DNA of 64,000 nt, from contig CM119374.1 of assembly GCA_051294905.1 (NCBI GenBank), forward strand, positions 20,212,001 through 20,276,000, read 5' to 3'. Source of the DNA: Botryllus schlosseri (lineage: Eukaryota). Below are positions 13,341-24,800 of the stretch, one piece after another. Within the stretch, counting starts at the first letter, position 1, and each line of letters starts with the position of its first letter. The notes under the pieces were generated by a model, which saw nothing but the letters and a program-made list of their open reading frames with translations, had not been told where the DNA came from and did no database searches. The translations under genes and the position numbers were made by a program.

Positions 13341-13825
13341 ATCAGCACTGAAGTAATGCTCCAGCGGCCATTTCGGGAGCTGAGTCGGAAAGTTCACCTT
13401 TTTCTTTTAGTCAACCACCTGATAATGTGAAGGAATAACTGTATTTTGGGCACTGAGCGAGAAATTTACCTTTTTTAGTCAACCGACCACGAAGTAGTAA
13501 AATTTTACCATTTTTTCAAGATTTTCCTCCGGTATACTAAGTTTGAAAATTTTGAAAAGTGTCCTCTTCTCCCGATTCCAAAATATGGTGACCCTATCTC
13601 AGTAAACGGATTAGATCTTAACGGACACCTGAATGTGCATATTGATTTAGTAATTTCAACTACCTGGCAAGGTGTAGGCCTATTTAGAAATTATCAGCCA
13701 TATGGCAAAATGAAAGCAGGGTTTTTTCGGATCCTAAACTTGAATTCAGGGTCGGAAACAGAATACGGATTTCATTCCCGAAACTGTTGAAGCGTAGGCC
13801 TTATCGCCATGGCAGGGTATAATAA

Positions 13826-14171
13826 TAGGGTTTACTATATTTTGAAACCGGGAAAGTAGGACACTTTTTCAAAAATTTTAAACTTAGAATCCCGAAGGAA
13901 AATCTAGAAAAGAGAGTAAAATTTTTCCCACTTCGTGGTCGGTTGACTAAAATTAGGTCAGCTTTCCGTCTCAGCTTCCAAAATAGCCGCCGGAACGTTA
14001 CTTCAATGCTGGTTTACTGTATCTCAGTCGAATTTGCCCTACATTTAACAAAAATTCTCAAAAAAGAGGACAAAAAGAAGGACATTTAGGCGTTCTCGGA
14101 GGACATTTTCAAAAACCTGAAAAAGGAGGACAAATCCTCCTAAAATAGGACGTATGGTAAGTGGTAACCCT
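13826..14171. mobile_element. Family B hAT MITE
   Basis: TAGGGTTTACTATA...TGGTAACCCTG with TSD TATAATAA/TATAATAG (7/8). Body is homologous to 100-482. Confidence 0.85.
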
Positions 14172-14873
14172 GTATAATAGCGTTTTCGCGGCTCAAGAGT
14201 TTTGACTTGTTCGTCTGTAGTCACTGTAACACCAAGTTGAAAACAAAATCAACCCACTAATAGTTTTGACACCCCGTCCCAAATCATCCCAATAACTGCG
14301 CTAGGATTGCCATGTTTGAGAGTGCAAAATCTCGGACAACGAACTGATGCTATTTGATTAGCCTGTGGATGACACAATTTCGCATTCAGCTGGTCTAGAA
14401 GTAGCGAGTTCAGGGCTATGCCAAGGAAGTAGATGTAAAATATGAATGCTTTCCCTGAGTTCCCAGGTAATAGTTTGATAGAAACGGAAGCTTCAAAAGC
14501 TAGTAATGTACGAGGTGTGACGGCAACGGTAGGGGTCGCCGGTTTTTTAAACGTAAATTCCATTGAATTTGACCGAATAGAAAGGGAGACGATCCTTCTC
14601 CAACCGTATATTTGGAATACACAAAAATCCAGATTCTTCACTGCGAACGTGCATATGCAAGGCATCCACGAAAAAATAGCGGGATATTTTCCGATTCCGC
14701 GGGCAAGTCTCGAACCTCTGGTCAGCAAACCCATCGCTAAAGCCATCGAACCATGTGGTCCATTAAGCACAAGATAATACAAGTGGGACTTCGTCAGACC
14801 TAGCTTTTGCCCAGCGACCCTGTCCTGAATTCCACACTGAACTAAAAGAAAGAGAACGCGATTTTCGAAAGCG

Positions 14874-17800
14874 CTATTTTACTATCGGCGAACGTAATTT
14901 AAAATTCGTATTTTCCATACAATAAGGATGCGATAATTTCTTCGCCTTCTTGGCGTGAGGGTGCAGGCCGTCCATGTCAACCGCCGGCTGGAACGGCAAT
15001 CGGCTGCCGAAGCTGTGTACGCAGGTTCCCTTTGAGAATCCGGTGATTCTGTCTGTACTTTCGTCAACTGCGAGAGAGGCTGCGCGCGCACAGTTACAAA
15101 GGGAAGAAAATTGATTGAAATTGACACGATACGTAAGCTTTCACCAGCCTTACCTTTACCGGTAGTGTTTTGGGTAATTTTGAGCGGCTGTGATTTTGTA
15201 TTGGCCCAGTCCGTGGTAGAGCTGACGTGATTGTTGGTTGTGAATCCTGTCGATTCTTTCCTTCCGATTACCAAGGGCGTCCTTGGCAGCTTAGTAAATC
15301 GCTTTTTGGATGATGTAGGCCTAGCTCTGCTCCTAAAGATGGAAAAATAGCATGAACCCGCGTAATGAAAGAATGACGCTCATCAGTAGGCGAACCTGTG
15401 GTTATCGCTAGTTAGCTTTTTGTTGAAATCCTTGACTTTAGATGGCTTCGTTTGAATGCATGGCAGGGTTGTGTTGGCGCTGATATGTCGTGGTTTGACA
15501 GGTTCGAGGCTATACCCTGGTGTACGTTAACGGGTAAGAAGTGCGCAGGAAAGGAATCCACAATTCATAGATCTCAATGAATGCTATTTGGTTCGAGAGT
15601 AGCTCGATGTCTTCCTAAATTCGGCTACGGTGATAGGAATAAAATGGGGTTACCATATTTTGGAAATCTCAAATAAGAACACGTTTTCAACATTTTCAGA
15701 TTTACATCACAGGAGTAAAATCCGGGGAAATGGTAAATTTTCCCCAACTTGGTGGTCTGTTGACTAAAAAAGGGTCAACTTTCCTTTCCGGGCCAGCTCC
15801 CGAAATACCCGCCGGAACGTTACTACACTACTGATTTCTGTATCTCAGTTGAATTTTAACCTCGATTTAACCAAAATTCTCAAAAAAGAGGACACCTGGG
15901 CGTTCTCCGAGGACACTTTAAAAAGTAAAAAAATAGGACAAATCCTCTTAAAAGAGGACGTATGGTAACCCTAAATAAAAGGAAACCTGATCGCCGTTCA
16001 GATCTGCTCCTTACTCCAGCGTTCTTCTCCATCCCCGTTAACGTCGGCCATTCTGCGAAATGTTGCTGATAAAGGCTGTTACCTGTCGGCCTGTGAGACG
16101 AAATGTTGCGATTGAACAATTGAACATGAGAACAATGCCCGGAACATAAATTAGGCCCATATATTGCAGAGATGCTGTTATATCAAATTCGATTTTGACG
16201 AACTGTCAAATATTCTAGCTATCGCTGTAGCCCAGTGTTTCTCAACCCCGAGTCCCCGGACTCAATTGAGTCCGCGGAAGGTCCTTGGTGAGTCCGCGAA
16301 CACAGGAATTTTCAGTAACTTAATCGGCTCGGCACGCGTTTTCTTCCACTTCCGATATGATTTCGGAACATGTAATTGACAGACCTACGGGGCTCGTTCA
16401 CTTTCGGACCAAAGTCATTGCAGCCTTACGGAGAAAATAGCTTTTTGGTCCGAAAGTGAATGAGCCCCGTCCTGGTCCGGTTTCGTCAAATTCCGATTTG
16501 AGAACTAGGCCGAGTGATTTGCAAAATACCTATTTTGAAATGTTAGTAACCTTAATAGCTGTCATAAAAAATGCATAGATACCTCAAATATGTGACTGGC
16601 GGCACTCAACTTCAATAGTGCTTTCAGAACTACATTCATTGCAGTAGAATTTATTACCTCGGTGACTTTTCGGGTTTCCCTTATCAAGAATTAACGGCAC
16701 CATAAAAAGGATAAAGAGTTTGTATACAATCTTTCAATATTCCATTAATATATTCCGCTGATTGTATAATTTGATTCTCTATTATCCCTTTATTATGACT
16801 ACCGGAGTACCGGTACAGCTGACTTTGGCCAGCTACCGTTCCTTTTTATCATTGCATTGTTACGTCATATTTTGCCAATTTGGATTTTGTTTGAATCTCT
16901 TTCTATATGCTTCTTATTGTGCCGTTACCTCTTGTTGATAAGGGGCATACGAAATTCCTGCAAGTTAATAAATTATACTGCAGTGAATGTAGTTTTGAAA
17001 GCAATATTAGAGATACCTCAATAAGCGATGTTTGGCCACGTATATTTCAAATGCAAGAACGACGAAACAGCACCACTACAAATTGATCAGCATTCCAAGC
17101 ATTATTGGTTCTCCTGAGATTTTCTGTGTCTTGTGCAAACCAGTTGGTTGCATGTATCACAGGCAAAACGGGTATGCTTTGCACATCTGTCGCATCATCC
17201 TGGTATGATACCAATCACGCCAGGTATAAAACCCCTATTATCGCCAACTGGAATTTTTCAAAATGCCCTACATTTATGTTCGAGGTAGCCTATTGCTAAA
17301 ATTGTCATAAGCAATTCTATCACGGTCATAAACTCTACAATTTTGGTCGGATTGACTTGAATTTAGTACGAATGGACTCGGAATTTAATGCTGCGTGTTC
17401 ACTATTAACAATTCACATACAGAATATGCCAGGTATAAACCCCTGGGACAGCTCTTTATCCACACGTATGCGAGACCGTAACTGCCGTACACCAATCCCC
17501 CATAATTGAGGATGGACCTCGAAGGGGGGCCAAAACTATTCGTGTTTTTTGAAAATTTATGCAACTTTTTAGAAAAATTATATCATTATATCATATTCCG
17601 AAACGTCTCACTCAGCTCGACCGATAAATCTGAATGCATGAGCAGATATAGCATAAAAAATTTACAGCTATATATATATAGATGCAATCCCCGATCATGT
17701 CAATCATGAATTATGGAATATTTTCGCGCCTCGCGCGGTTTATTCGAAACAAAACGACTGAATGAACGGTACAAAAATTTCGCTGAGAGGTACCGGTAAA

Positions 17801-20800
17801 AAGGTATCGGAAGGGGGGGTCTGGGGGTAAAGCCCACCGGAAGTTAGGTTTATGGCCTATGTGGCACAAGACCAACGTTTTGTTATTGAGGGGGGCTGAC
17901 GAAGTGCTGTTAAGGTCCTGCACGTAGGCACATTGCACCGGTTTCCGGCGCGATATACGCTGAGTGCTGGTAATTGATTATGGCGACTTGTTCACTTATA
18001 GACTATTTGGAAAATTACAAATCGTAGGGACATGTGCTAATCACAGAAACAATCTATAGTTGTCTAATATAAGTGGAACTCGAGATGTGGACTGCATTAC
18101 TGAATAGTTGCTTGAATTGCAAAGCCGACAGATGTGGAAAGACAGATTTAAGAAAGCTTCCTTGACTCAATTTTAGCTTATTTTTTTTGTTGATAGCGTA
18201 TTACACTCTCCTGGATAGAATAAAAAATATTTTGCAGTAATATATAGCTTGAGTCCGCGGGTATACTGGCGAGCTTGAGATGAGTCCGCGGGTAAAAAAG
18301 GTTGAGAACCACTGGTAGCCTGACAAATGTCAGACTCGCGGCTCGATTGCAGCTATAGTTGCAAAATTATAGGTCCTGCAGCAATGTCCCCTCTAATTTT
18401 TGACGAGACTGCGCACACTCACCAACTCACTGCGCAGACCCTTGTAAAACAGTGCGTAACGACTAAAAAAGGTCATCACTTCGGATTTTGTGTGCGCAAC
18501 TTAGATTTTCTGTGCGCAGAGACCGTGAAAGAACTGCGCATTTGCGCATGTGCGCAGCAGGGAACATTGTCCTGCAGCCTTTGTGATAAAATGGCTAATT
18601 GGTCGATGGTCGTCGTGCGCACGCGGTGTCTAATGTCTATATCTCCTAATTGTCACAAATTATGCATATAATCTGTCTAAACTACAACAATTATGATTTT
18701 TTCGCTGTATGCTTTACTGCGGCAGTAATGGTACTATCACTACGCGTGCGACATTTCAGGGTGACACGACATTGAACAACGCCTTTGTATTACTTTACTG
18801 CGATCCGCAGCATCTTGCAAGCTTGGATATAGGCCGGCTCATTTCAGTTTGAGACCTCTACTATACGCGCTGGAATATTTCTTGCTCAATTTACCCGTGT
18901 GCTTATTATCGAAAATGCTTTATAGAATAGCACACCGAATGCACTGCTACAGCTTGTTGATCCGAAGAAATTCGCAGCTCCACGATATATATAGTCAATC
19001 TGATTAACATACCCACCACAATCCTAGTAACTGTCACCTTTTCATAGTTCGATCCGGGTCTTGGTCAAACGGATCTCTGTTCAGATGTAATATCGGGTCG
19101 AGTGGACAATAATGCGTGAATCCAGAAGGCTCCATGCACTTTGGCGACTTTGATACATGACAATATAGTATCATATTAGTCGGCATTTTTTAAAAACGAT
19201 TAACCCACGCAATCGCTACCTTCGAAGACTTTGGAGTTTCCGCGGCATTGGATTTGCTCTGGTAACAAGTGCCCATCTCTGATATAGGCAACGGCGTGAC
19301 GTCATCCAAATGCGGTACTTTTTTCATCTTAATCCTGACCGCCAAGATTGAAGAGATATATTGTATATTGTTGAATATTATACGTGTGAGGTAAACGACA
19401 ATGATGAGTGTGAAAGGGATGTTTGCAAGCGGACATGTCGATGTCGATGCTTTATTAACAAAATGTTACTCGAGTTTTGCCCGTGCAGATTAGGTTATCA
19501 TTCTGACCAATCTGTCTCCAATAGATACCCGATAGCAAATATCAAATGCTTTCCAAATTCAGCAAGCATTTTTTCCTATTTATCCAGAGACATATTAGGA
19601 CGTGGGGTGCCGTAATCCACACCCCAAGCTACTATAGCAAATGCGACATTAGTGAAACGAATGTTTGGATTGACGTAGTACGATCGATGTAGCATACTCC
19701 TACATTGTTGAATACTCACGCAGTTATGGGTTATAAAAGTATTTATGTTTTAGCTACTCCCATTTGAGCATCTTTAGGAGTGAAACTACTTTATACATTC
19801 TAACTTTTTCTGACATAGACAGTCATTTTTGGATCAATTTGTAGTGCGTCCGGGTGAAAGTAATTCGCAAATTTACATCTGGCAACTCCGAAAGATGTCG
19901 TCGGCTACGGCGATTGACCATAAAAAATCTGCGACGACTTGTCCTCTTTACTTCTCCGATCTACGTAGGCCCATAATTTTAGGACCTTGCGATATCAATA
20001 CTTTACGAAGTTTTGTCAAAAATCGCTAACATGGCAAGTAATCGAGTAGGCCTATAAATTTGCAGTATTACTTCTAGTTCTGGAGCAGCATGTTTGATTA
20101 CTTTGCCCACCTCTGCTAAGGAGATGTATTATCAAAATTAATAACCTTTTCAAAAGCGGTTTATATGAGCCGCCAAACATTGAACCATCTCTCGCTTGAG
20201 CCACCGTCTTTGAATCAGGCAGGGTAACGCTGTTTTTCCACGTGAACGCAGTTCCGCGATGCAAAATTCTGAGTGACATATTGCAGCGTTTCAATGCTGT
20301 ATCATTCGATAAGACACTTCCTTACCGTGAAGGCATTTCTTCGGTACCATTACACCCCATGTGGTGCTGCCTGTGGTTCTTCGCGTAAGATGTTACATAA
20401 TTATCTTTCAACTCCTCTCCAAGTTGGACGTTGTCCAAGAGGTCGAGGCGTGCGTCGTAGTAGACCTGTGGCCTTGGTTCACGAGAAAATTAAGGCCTAC
20501 TATAAGGGACTAAAAGGAGATGCACAGATTGCACACTTGCACAGCGGCAAATTGTTCAAACCCAATATAGAACTCAAGGATATATTACGAATTCGGTTAG
20601 GACTTGATTCATGTTCGATATGTTTCGGTTTAACGCTTAACCATTTTGGGATACCAAACCATACTCCTCCATCAGGGCTTCGACCTTCACGTAGGCTAAT
20701 GTATCTATTCAGATTCTCACAAGTCTGAATATGCACTCCTGCAGTAACGAGTCATAGGCTGATACCATGACGCAGAGTTGACCCGCATATATCAAGTTAC

Positions 20801-21566
20801 TATACCAGCACCAGACAACGTTAACTAATATGAACGGAACGAACGATGTTATTGTTAGGTCGGAGGCCTGCGTAACAGATTTTGAGGGTCAATGAATGCA
20901 AATTGCAAAGTCACCGAAGATAGAATAAAATTCAAAATCGGTGAAAATGAAGTGGAATGCAACGAAAGTGAGGGTGATGTGTCAGATCGAGGGCGGTTAT
21001 CTCGAGCTCTGTCATGAAGTCATTCCATACAATCTGCGCGCATTTTGACTGGAATGTGAACGACGGACATCGACAAATTAGACGTCGGACATGTCCGAAT
21101 ATTGTCGGATTATCGGCGATATCCTGTTTATCATGCGTGGCTCCACTGGCTGGTCACACTTGATAGACTATCAAAAGTAGACAAGTCAACAAATAACTTT
21201 GCAGCAGTCAGACCACATAATTGCCAGGATATCAGAACCATACCACAACCGTAACCAAGCTGTGTTTTGCCCAACCTACCCCGTATTGTGACCATCGCCG
21301 GCAGACTGTACCGAGCCTTCGATAGGGTATAGCGAACTAGGTGATGCAAGATTTTCAATAGGGCAGAGAGTACTTCAGTTACGAGATTATATTTACCTGA
21401 AATTGGCTTCATAGCCTGTTCCGCGAGGCTTTACTTCGGTGGGCGTAAAATTTTCGATTCCGTGAGTTGTCTGGTATGAAGTGGAATAGAAGTCAAATAT
21501 ATTGGCGGACGGCCCGTTACTAGCCCTGATAATATACGTGGGCGGTCCAGTCCTGTGTTTTCCCAT
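14874..21566 (-). CDS. SAXO4: SAXO4/PPP1R32-like (IIIG9) ciliary/axonemal microtubule-associated protein, 9 exons, 420 aa
   Basis: Exons (-) 21566-21397, 20472-20326, 20268-20146, 19334-19220, 19147-19038, 16090-15987, 15516-15396, 15332-15154 and 15067-14874, all GT-AG and in phase (1263 nt). Motifs are colinear with the human protein as I recall it: MGKH..FYSTSYQTTHG..GTGYEANFRPQVYY..LDLLDN, MEPSGF, GNSLYQQHF, VIGRKESTGFTTNN and LHPH..HPY. The exon-3 donor (20146) is the least certain boundary. Confidence 0.85.
15645..15973. mobile_element. Family B hAT MITE in SAXO4 intron 6
   Basis: TGGGGTTACCATA...TATGGTAACCCTA with a 7-bp flanking repeat AATAAAA. Confidence 0.85.
16387..16470. mobile_element. 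84-bp hairpin mini-MITE with 3-bp TSD (possibly Harbinger-derived)
   Basis: ACGGGGCTCGTTCACTTTCGGACCAAA pairs with TTTGGTCCGAAAGTGAATGAGCCCCGT (1 mismatch). Flanked by CCT on both sides. Confidence 0.7.
16614..17008. repeat. Foldback element with long imperfect inverted arms
   Basis: AATAGTGCTTTCAGAACTACATTCATTGCAGTAGAATTTATT..CCCTTATCAA..TAACGGCAC is mirrored by GTGCCGTTA..TTGATAAGGG..AATAAATTATACTGCAGTGAATGTAGTTTTGAAAGCAATATT. Confidence 0.75.
17102..17194 (-). pseudogene. Remnant of a piggyBac-type transposase C-terminal cysteine-rich domain
   Basis: Minus frame CDRCAKHTRFACDTCNQLVCTRHRKSQENQ* fits the CxxC-(K)T-x-F-x-CxxC-xxx-C-xx-H pattern of piggyBac CRDs. An in-frame TGA lies immediately upstream. 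Confidence 0.55.
17471..17909. mobile_element. Family C element, inverted copy
   Basis: Starts CGAGACCGTAACTGCCG and ends GGCTGACGAAGTGCTG. Reverse-complement homolog of the terminal regions of 11805-13340. Confidence 0.7.
18382..18569. mobile_element. 188-bp hAT (Tip100-like) MITE
   Basis: TIR CAATGTCCCCT/AGGGAACATTG, perfect 8-bp TSD TCCTGCAG, and TGCGCA-rich body. Confidence 0.88.
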
Positions 21567-21848
21567 CGTGAAATTGATAAAGTCTTCCAAAACGCGAAAG
21601 TTGCTTGGAATTTTCACGCAGAGAAAACTCGGAGTGATATATCTGCATTTAGCAGATTGATCAGCAGCCGGGTACTTTCTGTGACGTCACAGACGTCTGG
21701 CGAAATAGAAATTCTGCAAAATTTGCAAAATTCGCACTGCCTTGATACACGAGCAGCTGCTCATGAAAGCGTAGAAAGTATGAGGTTAAATAATGCTGAA
21801 TGTCGCCAAAATGCGACCAGTTAAGACGTTTTTAAATGATTTGCCACA
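21567..21848. promoter_or_regulatory. Putative bidirectional promoter between SAXO4 and the orphan receptor gene
   Basis: There are 282 bp between the divergent ATGs. The spacer contains a perfect 14-bp palindrome CTGTGACGTCACAG (21679-21692, CRE core TGACGTCA), a palindrome GAGCAGCTGCTC (21751-21762, E-box) and an imperfect X-box-like GTTGCTTGGAATT (21600-21612). Confidence 0.6.
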
Positions 21849-24800
21849 ATGCTATCCGTTAAGCTTGTGGCATTAGCTGTTTTTATTGCAAATGCAGTTT
21901 CGACGAAGGTGTTGAACGTCAACTGGAAATGTAACGGTAAGTTACCTGCGTACAACCGTGCCCAGTTTACTTGTCACGCAATGCATTACTTTTTTACTTC
22001 TTCTATCCGCTGTTGGATAGTTTGGATTGACGAGGTCGACAGAATGCTCTTAAAATCGTTATATATCATTATCTTTTACAACAAAATCGTTGCTTCCCGT
22101 CGCATAAATGGTGTGTTAACTTGATCGTTACGGTATTATTTTTAGACGGCGCTCCATGCTTGAATGTCGTCCGCCCTCGCGGTGGCTTTGGGGTGGTCAA
22201 TGCAGATGAAGACTCTTACAAACTGGAAGTCTCGGTCCATCGTCCAGAAGGAGCTAGAGAAAGATTGCTGAAAAAATGGAGTTCTTCGTTCGGGACTACA
22301 TGGAACGTAGACGTCAGTTGGTTCCGGTTAATGGAAGAGGGCGTGCGGCTCTCGATGCAGCAGTGCAGGTAACCTAAGCCTATATTTCTCATAATATTGG
22401 TGTATTATTGATCCGCTTCAAACAGATATAAGCTGGTGTGTGTCGTACCCCTTCTTGATGACGAAGCCATGGCTAGGAGTGACGAAACTTCTTTCGATAC
22501 TGGACTGACAAGTCACCATTTCCTGGTTTCCGTCAAGTACGAGGGTCATAAGGCTACGTCTCAACAAGAAATCATTATTGAAAGACAAAGTTCAGGTGAA
22601 CACCCTATCAATGTATTGAACTTTGCACTTCAAAATTTTGAGGTAGTCAGAAAAAATTACCTTTTCAAATACGCTCTGTTTAGTCCAGAGGTAGTCTACT
22701 TCTACACAATTTAAAGCCATGATGTAAATTTCTACTTAATTACAAGTAGAAGTAGTGATATCCAAGATATGTCAAAACTACACATACACAATTTGGAAGT
22801 ATAGCATGAAAATTTGAGAAGTCCTCAAGAAGTAATTTAATAAGTAGATTTGGTCAAGATATCACCTATTTATCAGTAGTCGGCCGATGGTGACTACTTC
22901 GTAAATTACAGGTTGTGTCTTTGCGACCATTCAAAATGGCTTATTAGACTGCAAATTCATGAAATTTGTCGAAAATACGTTCAGTTACCCATCATACGGG
23001 TGTTATTTCCAACAGGTGTTATGGCATTTTCATCATATTCATTATAGAAACATCCCCAAACTACTTTCTATTCAAAGTCTAAAAAGTATGTAGTTTATGC
23101 CTATAATACTGCCGAGTAGAAATAGGAGTAATAAAATAATGTAAACATTTGAGTATGTAGTGAAAGTAGGCAAAACTACTTCAGTACTCCAAAAAAGTAG
23201 AGGACTTGGTTCTTGACCAGCTCTACCATCTACTTGCAGTACTTACTCTCCAGTGGTTTTTCCAGATGGGCTCCACTTCTTGAGTTTTTTATTTCGATTT
23301 TGTCAAGTTGCAAGCAGTGCTTAGACTGATTTGTGTCATATCAGTGAGTGCACTGGTCATGACAGCTAGACAAAGTAAGCCCTGTATCTACTCTCAAATT
23401 GCACCTATTTGAGCGGCCATTAAACTTTGATCGCAAAGATGCAACTTCCAATTTATAAGCTGTCCCAATCTACCAATTCAAACTACTTACTAATCATAAC
23501 TCTTGTTTCATATTTCTACTTATAGGCTTACATGATTTGTCTTGAAAAGTACTACCGGTATTACCTGCAATGAGATAGCATTTTATGGCATTACTTCTAC
23601 TTGAGAACCATCAGTGAATACTTAGGAGCTATCCTATCCTAAGCTATCAAAATAGTGCATTGGATGTACAGGTATACTGTAAACTCCCTGGGTCTCCTGC
23701 TCATAACTAGCTGAATTGCCACACCATTGTCATTCTGAACAGCAATAGTATGTACTTAAAACTTGAGTAATCCTACCAGTTTGCAAAAAGAAGTTCAGCA
23801 TTTCATATAAATTTCATTCAAGCCCATAATTGCAGTAAAATTCCACTGTAGGCCTTACAGTTTGGAATTACAAACATTATATTGCCAATAACATGTAATA
23901 TGTAGTGATGCAGACTAAGCATCTGTATCAGGATATCAATGTTTAGGATTTTGCAAGTAAATTATACTGCAATTTATAGAAAAGTTAAAGGACTAAAGAT
24001 AAACTGACAATGATGCTGTTTGAAATGAGTGCATTGCACTTGCAGTTAATTATGCTATAAACAATATAATGCAGATATTAATTCATGCATTTCCACAGGT
24101 CAATACGAAGAATACCGGCCGCCTGGAAATTCCCTTGCTCCACTCCCTTCTTCACAACAAAAGCAAGGACTACAGCAAAATTCTGAAACACCCAAAAATC
24201 CTAATGCGCAGTATCCAGATCTCCAAGAATTTGTAGACAACAAAAAACAGAAAGCCACTCAAACCCTCATCAAAAGCGGACTCTATTCAGGCTCCGACGA
24301 ACCCAATATGATTCCTTCCTTGTATGAAGTGAAGGACACACCGGATATGCTGCATGAAAACTCGGACCCCTTCAATATAAATTCGCAGGATTCGATGGGC
24401 AGTGCTGCCGACGACGGGGTGGTAGTAGTTCACTCCAAAAATGAAACTGCGCACGCAGCTTCAACTGATGTCAAAGGCTTTATCGCAGGTGAGCCCAAGT
24501 TGGACTAACTTGAAAAGTTTCACTTTTTCCAGATTAGATCATAATAAGAGTTATAGCTACACAGTTTCTTCCCAATTCCAAAGCATCAATGATAAATATA
24601 TACTGCGTCCATCCTATCAAATTAGATTACAAATTCAGAATTAGAAAGAAATGTAATAAAAAACAAGTTAAGCTCATTGTGATAAGCCTGAGAATGGCAA
24701 ATGTCTCTACACTAAGCTTGGCAGTTGTTCTGTAACGTTTTCAAGAAAAACAGGAATTATATTAAAATTAAATTAGAGCATAGAAACATTCCATAAATTA

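Larger units (their letters stand above)
11692..13596. mobile_element. Family B hAT MITE carrying nested insertions
   Basis: TIR TAGGGTTACCATA/TATGGTGACCCTA with a 7-bp flanking direct repeat TCTCAGT. Removing 11805-13340 restores the reverse complement of the B copy at 13826-14171. Confidence 0.85.
16233..18314. mobile_element. Charlie-like hAT non-autonomous element (composite) in SAXO4 intron 5
   Basis: TIR CAGTGTTTCTCAACC/GGTTGAGAACCACTG, subterminal GAGTCCGCGG repeats at both ends, and adjacent direct repeat GTAGCC. Confidence 0.8.

Noticed and set aside
19520-19960. Extra SAXO4 micro-exons (AWGVDYGTPRPN; DRRSKEDKSSQIFY)
   Set aside because: They need weak donors (GTCTCT, GTCAAT, GTTCAA). 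The direct 20146-19334 junction is in phase and already gives a near human-length protein.
20273-20736. Apparent decayed LINE reverse-transcriptase motifs (RNISLSSIL, STT..LDLLDN) and a 151-aa plus-strand ORF
   Set aside because: The LDLLDN segment is SAXO4 exon 2 (RPQVYYDARLDLLDN) with proper splice sites. The remainder is intron or antisense shadow.
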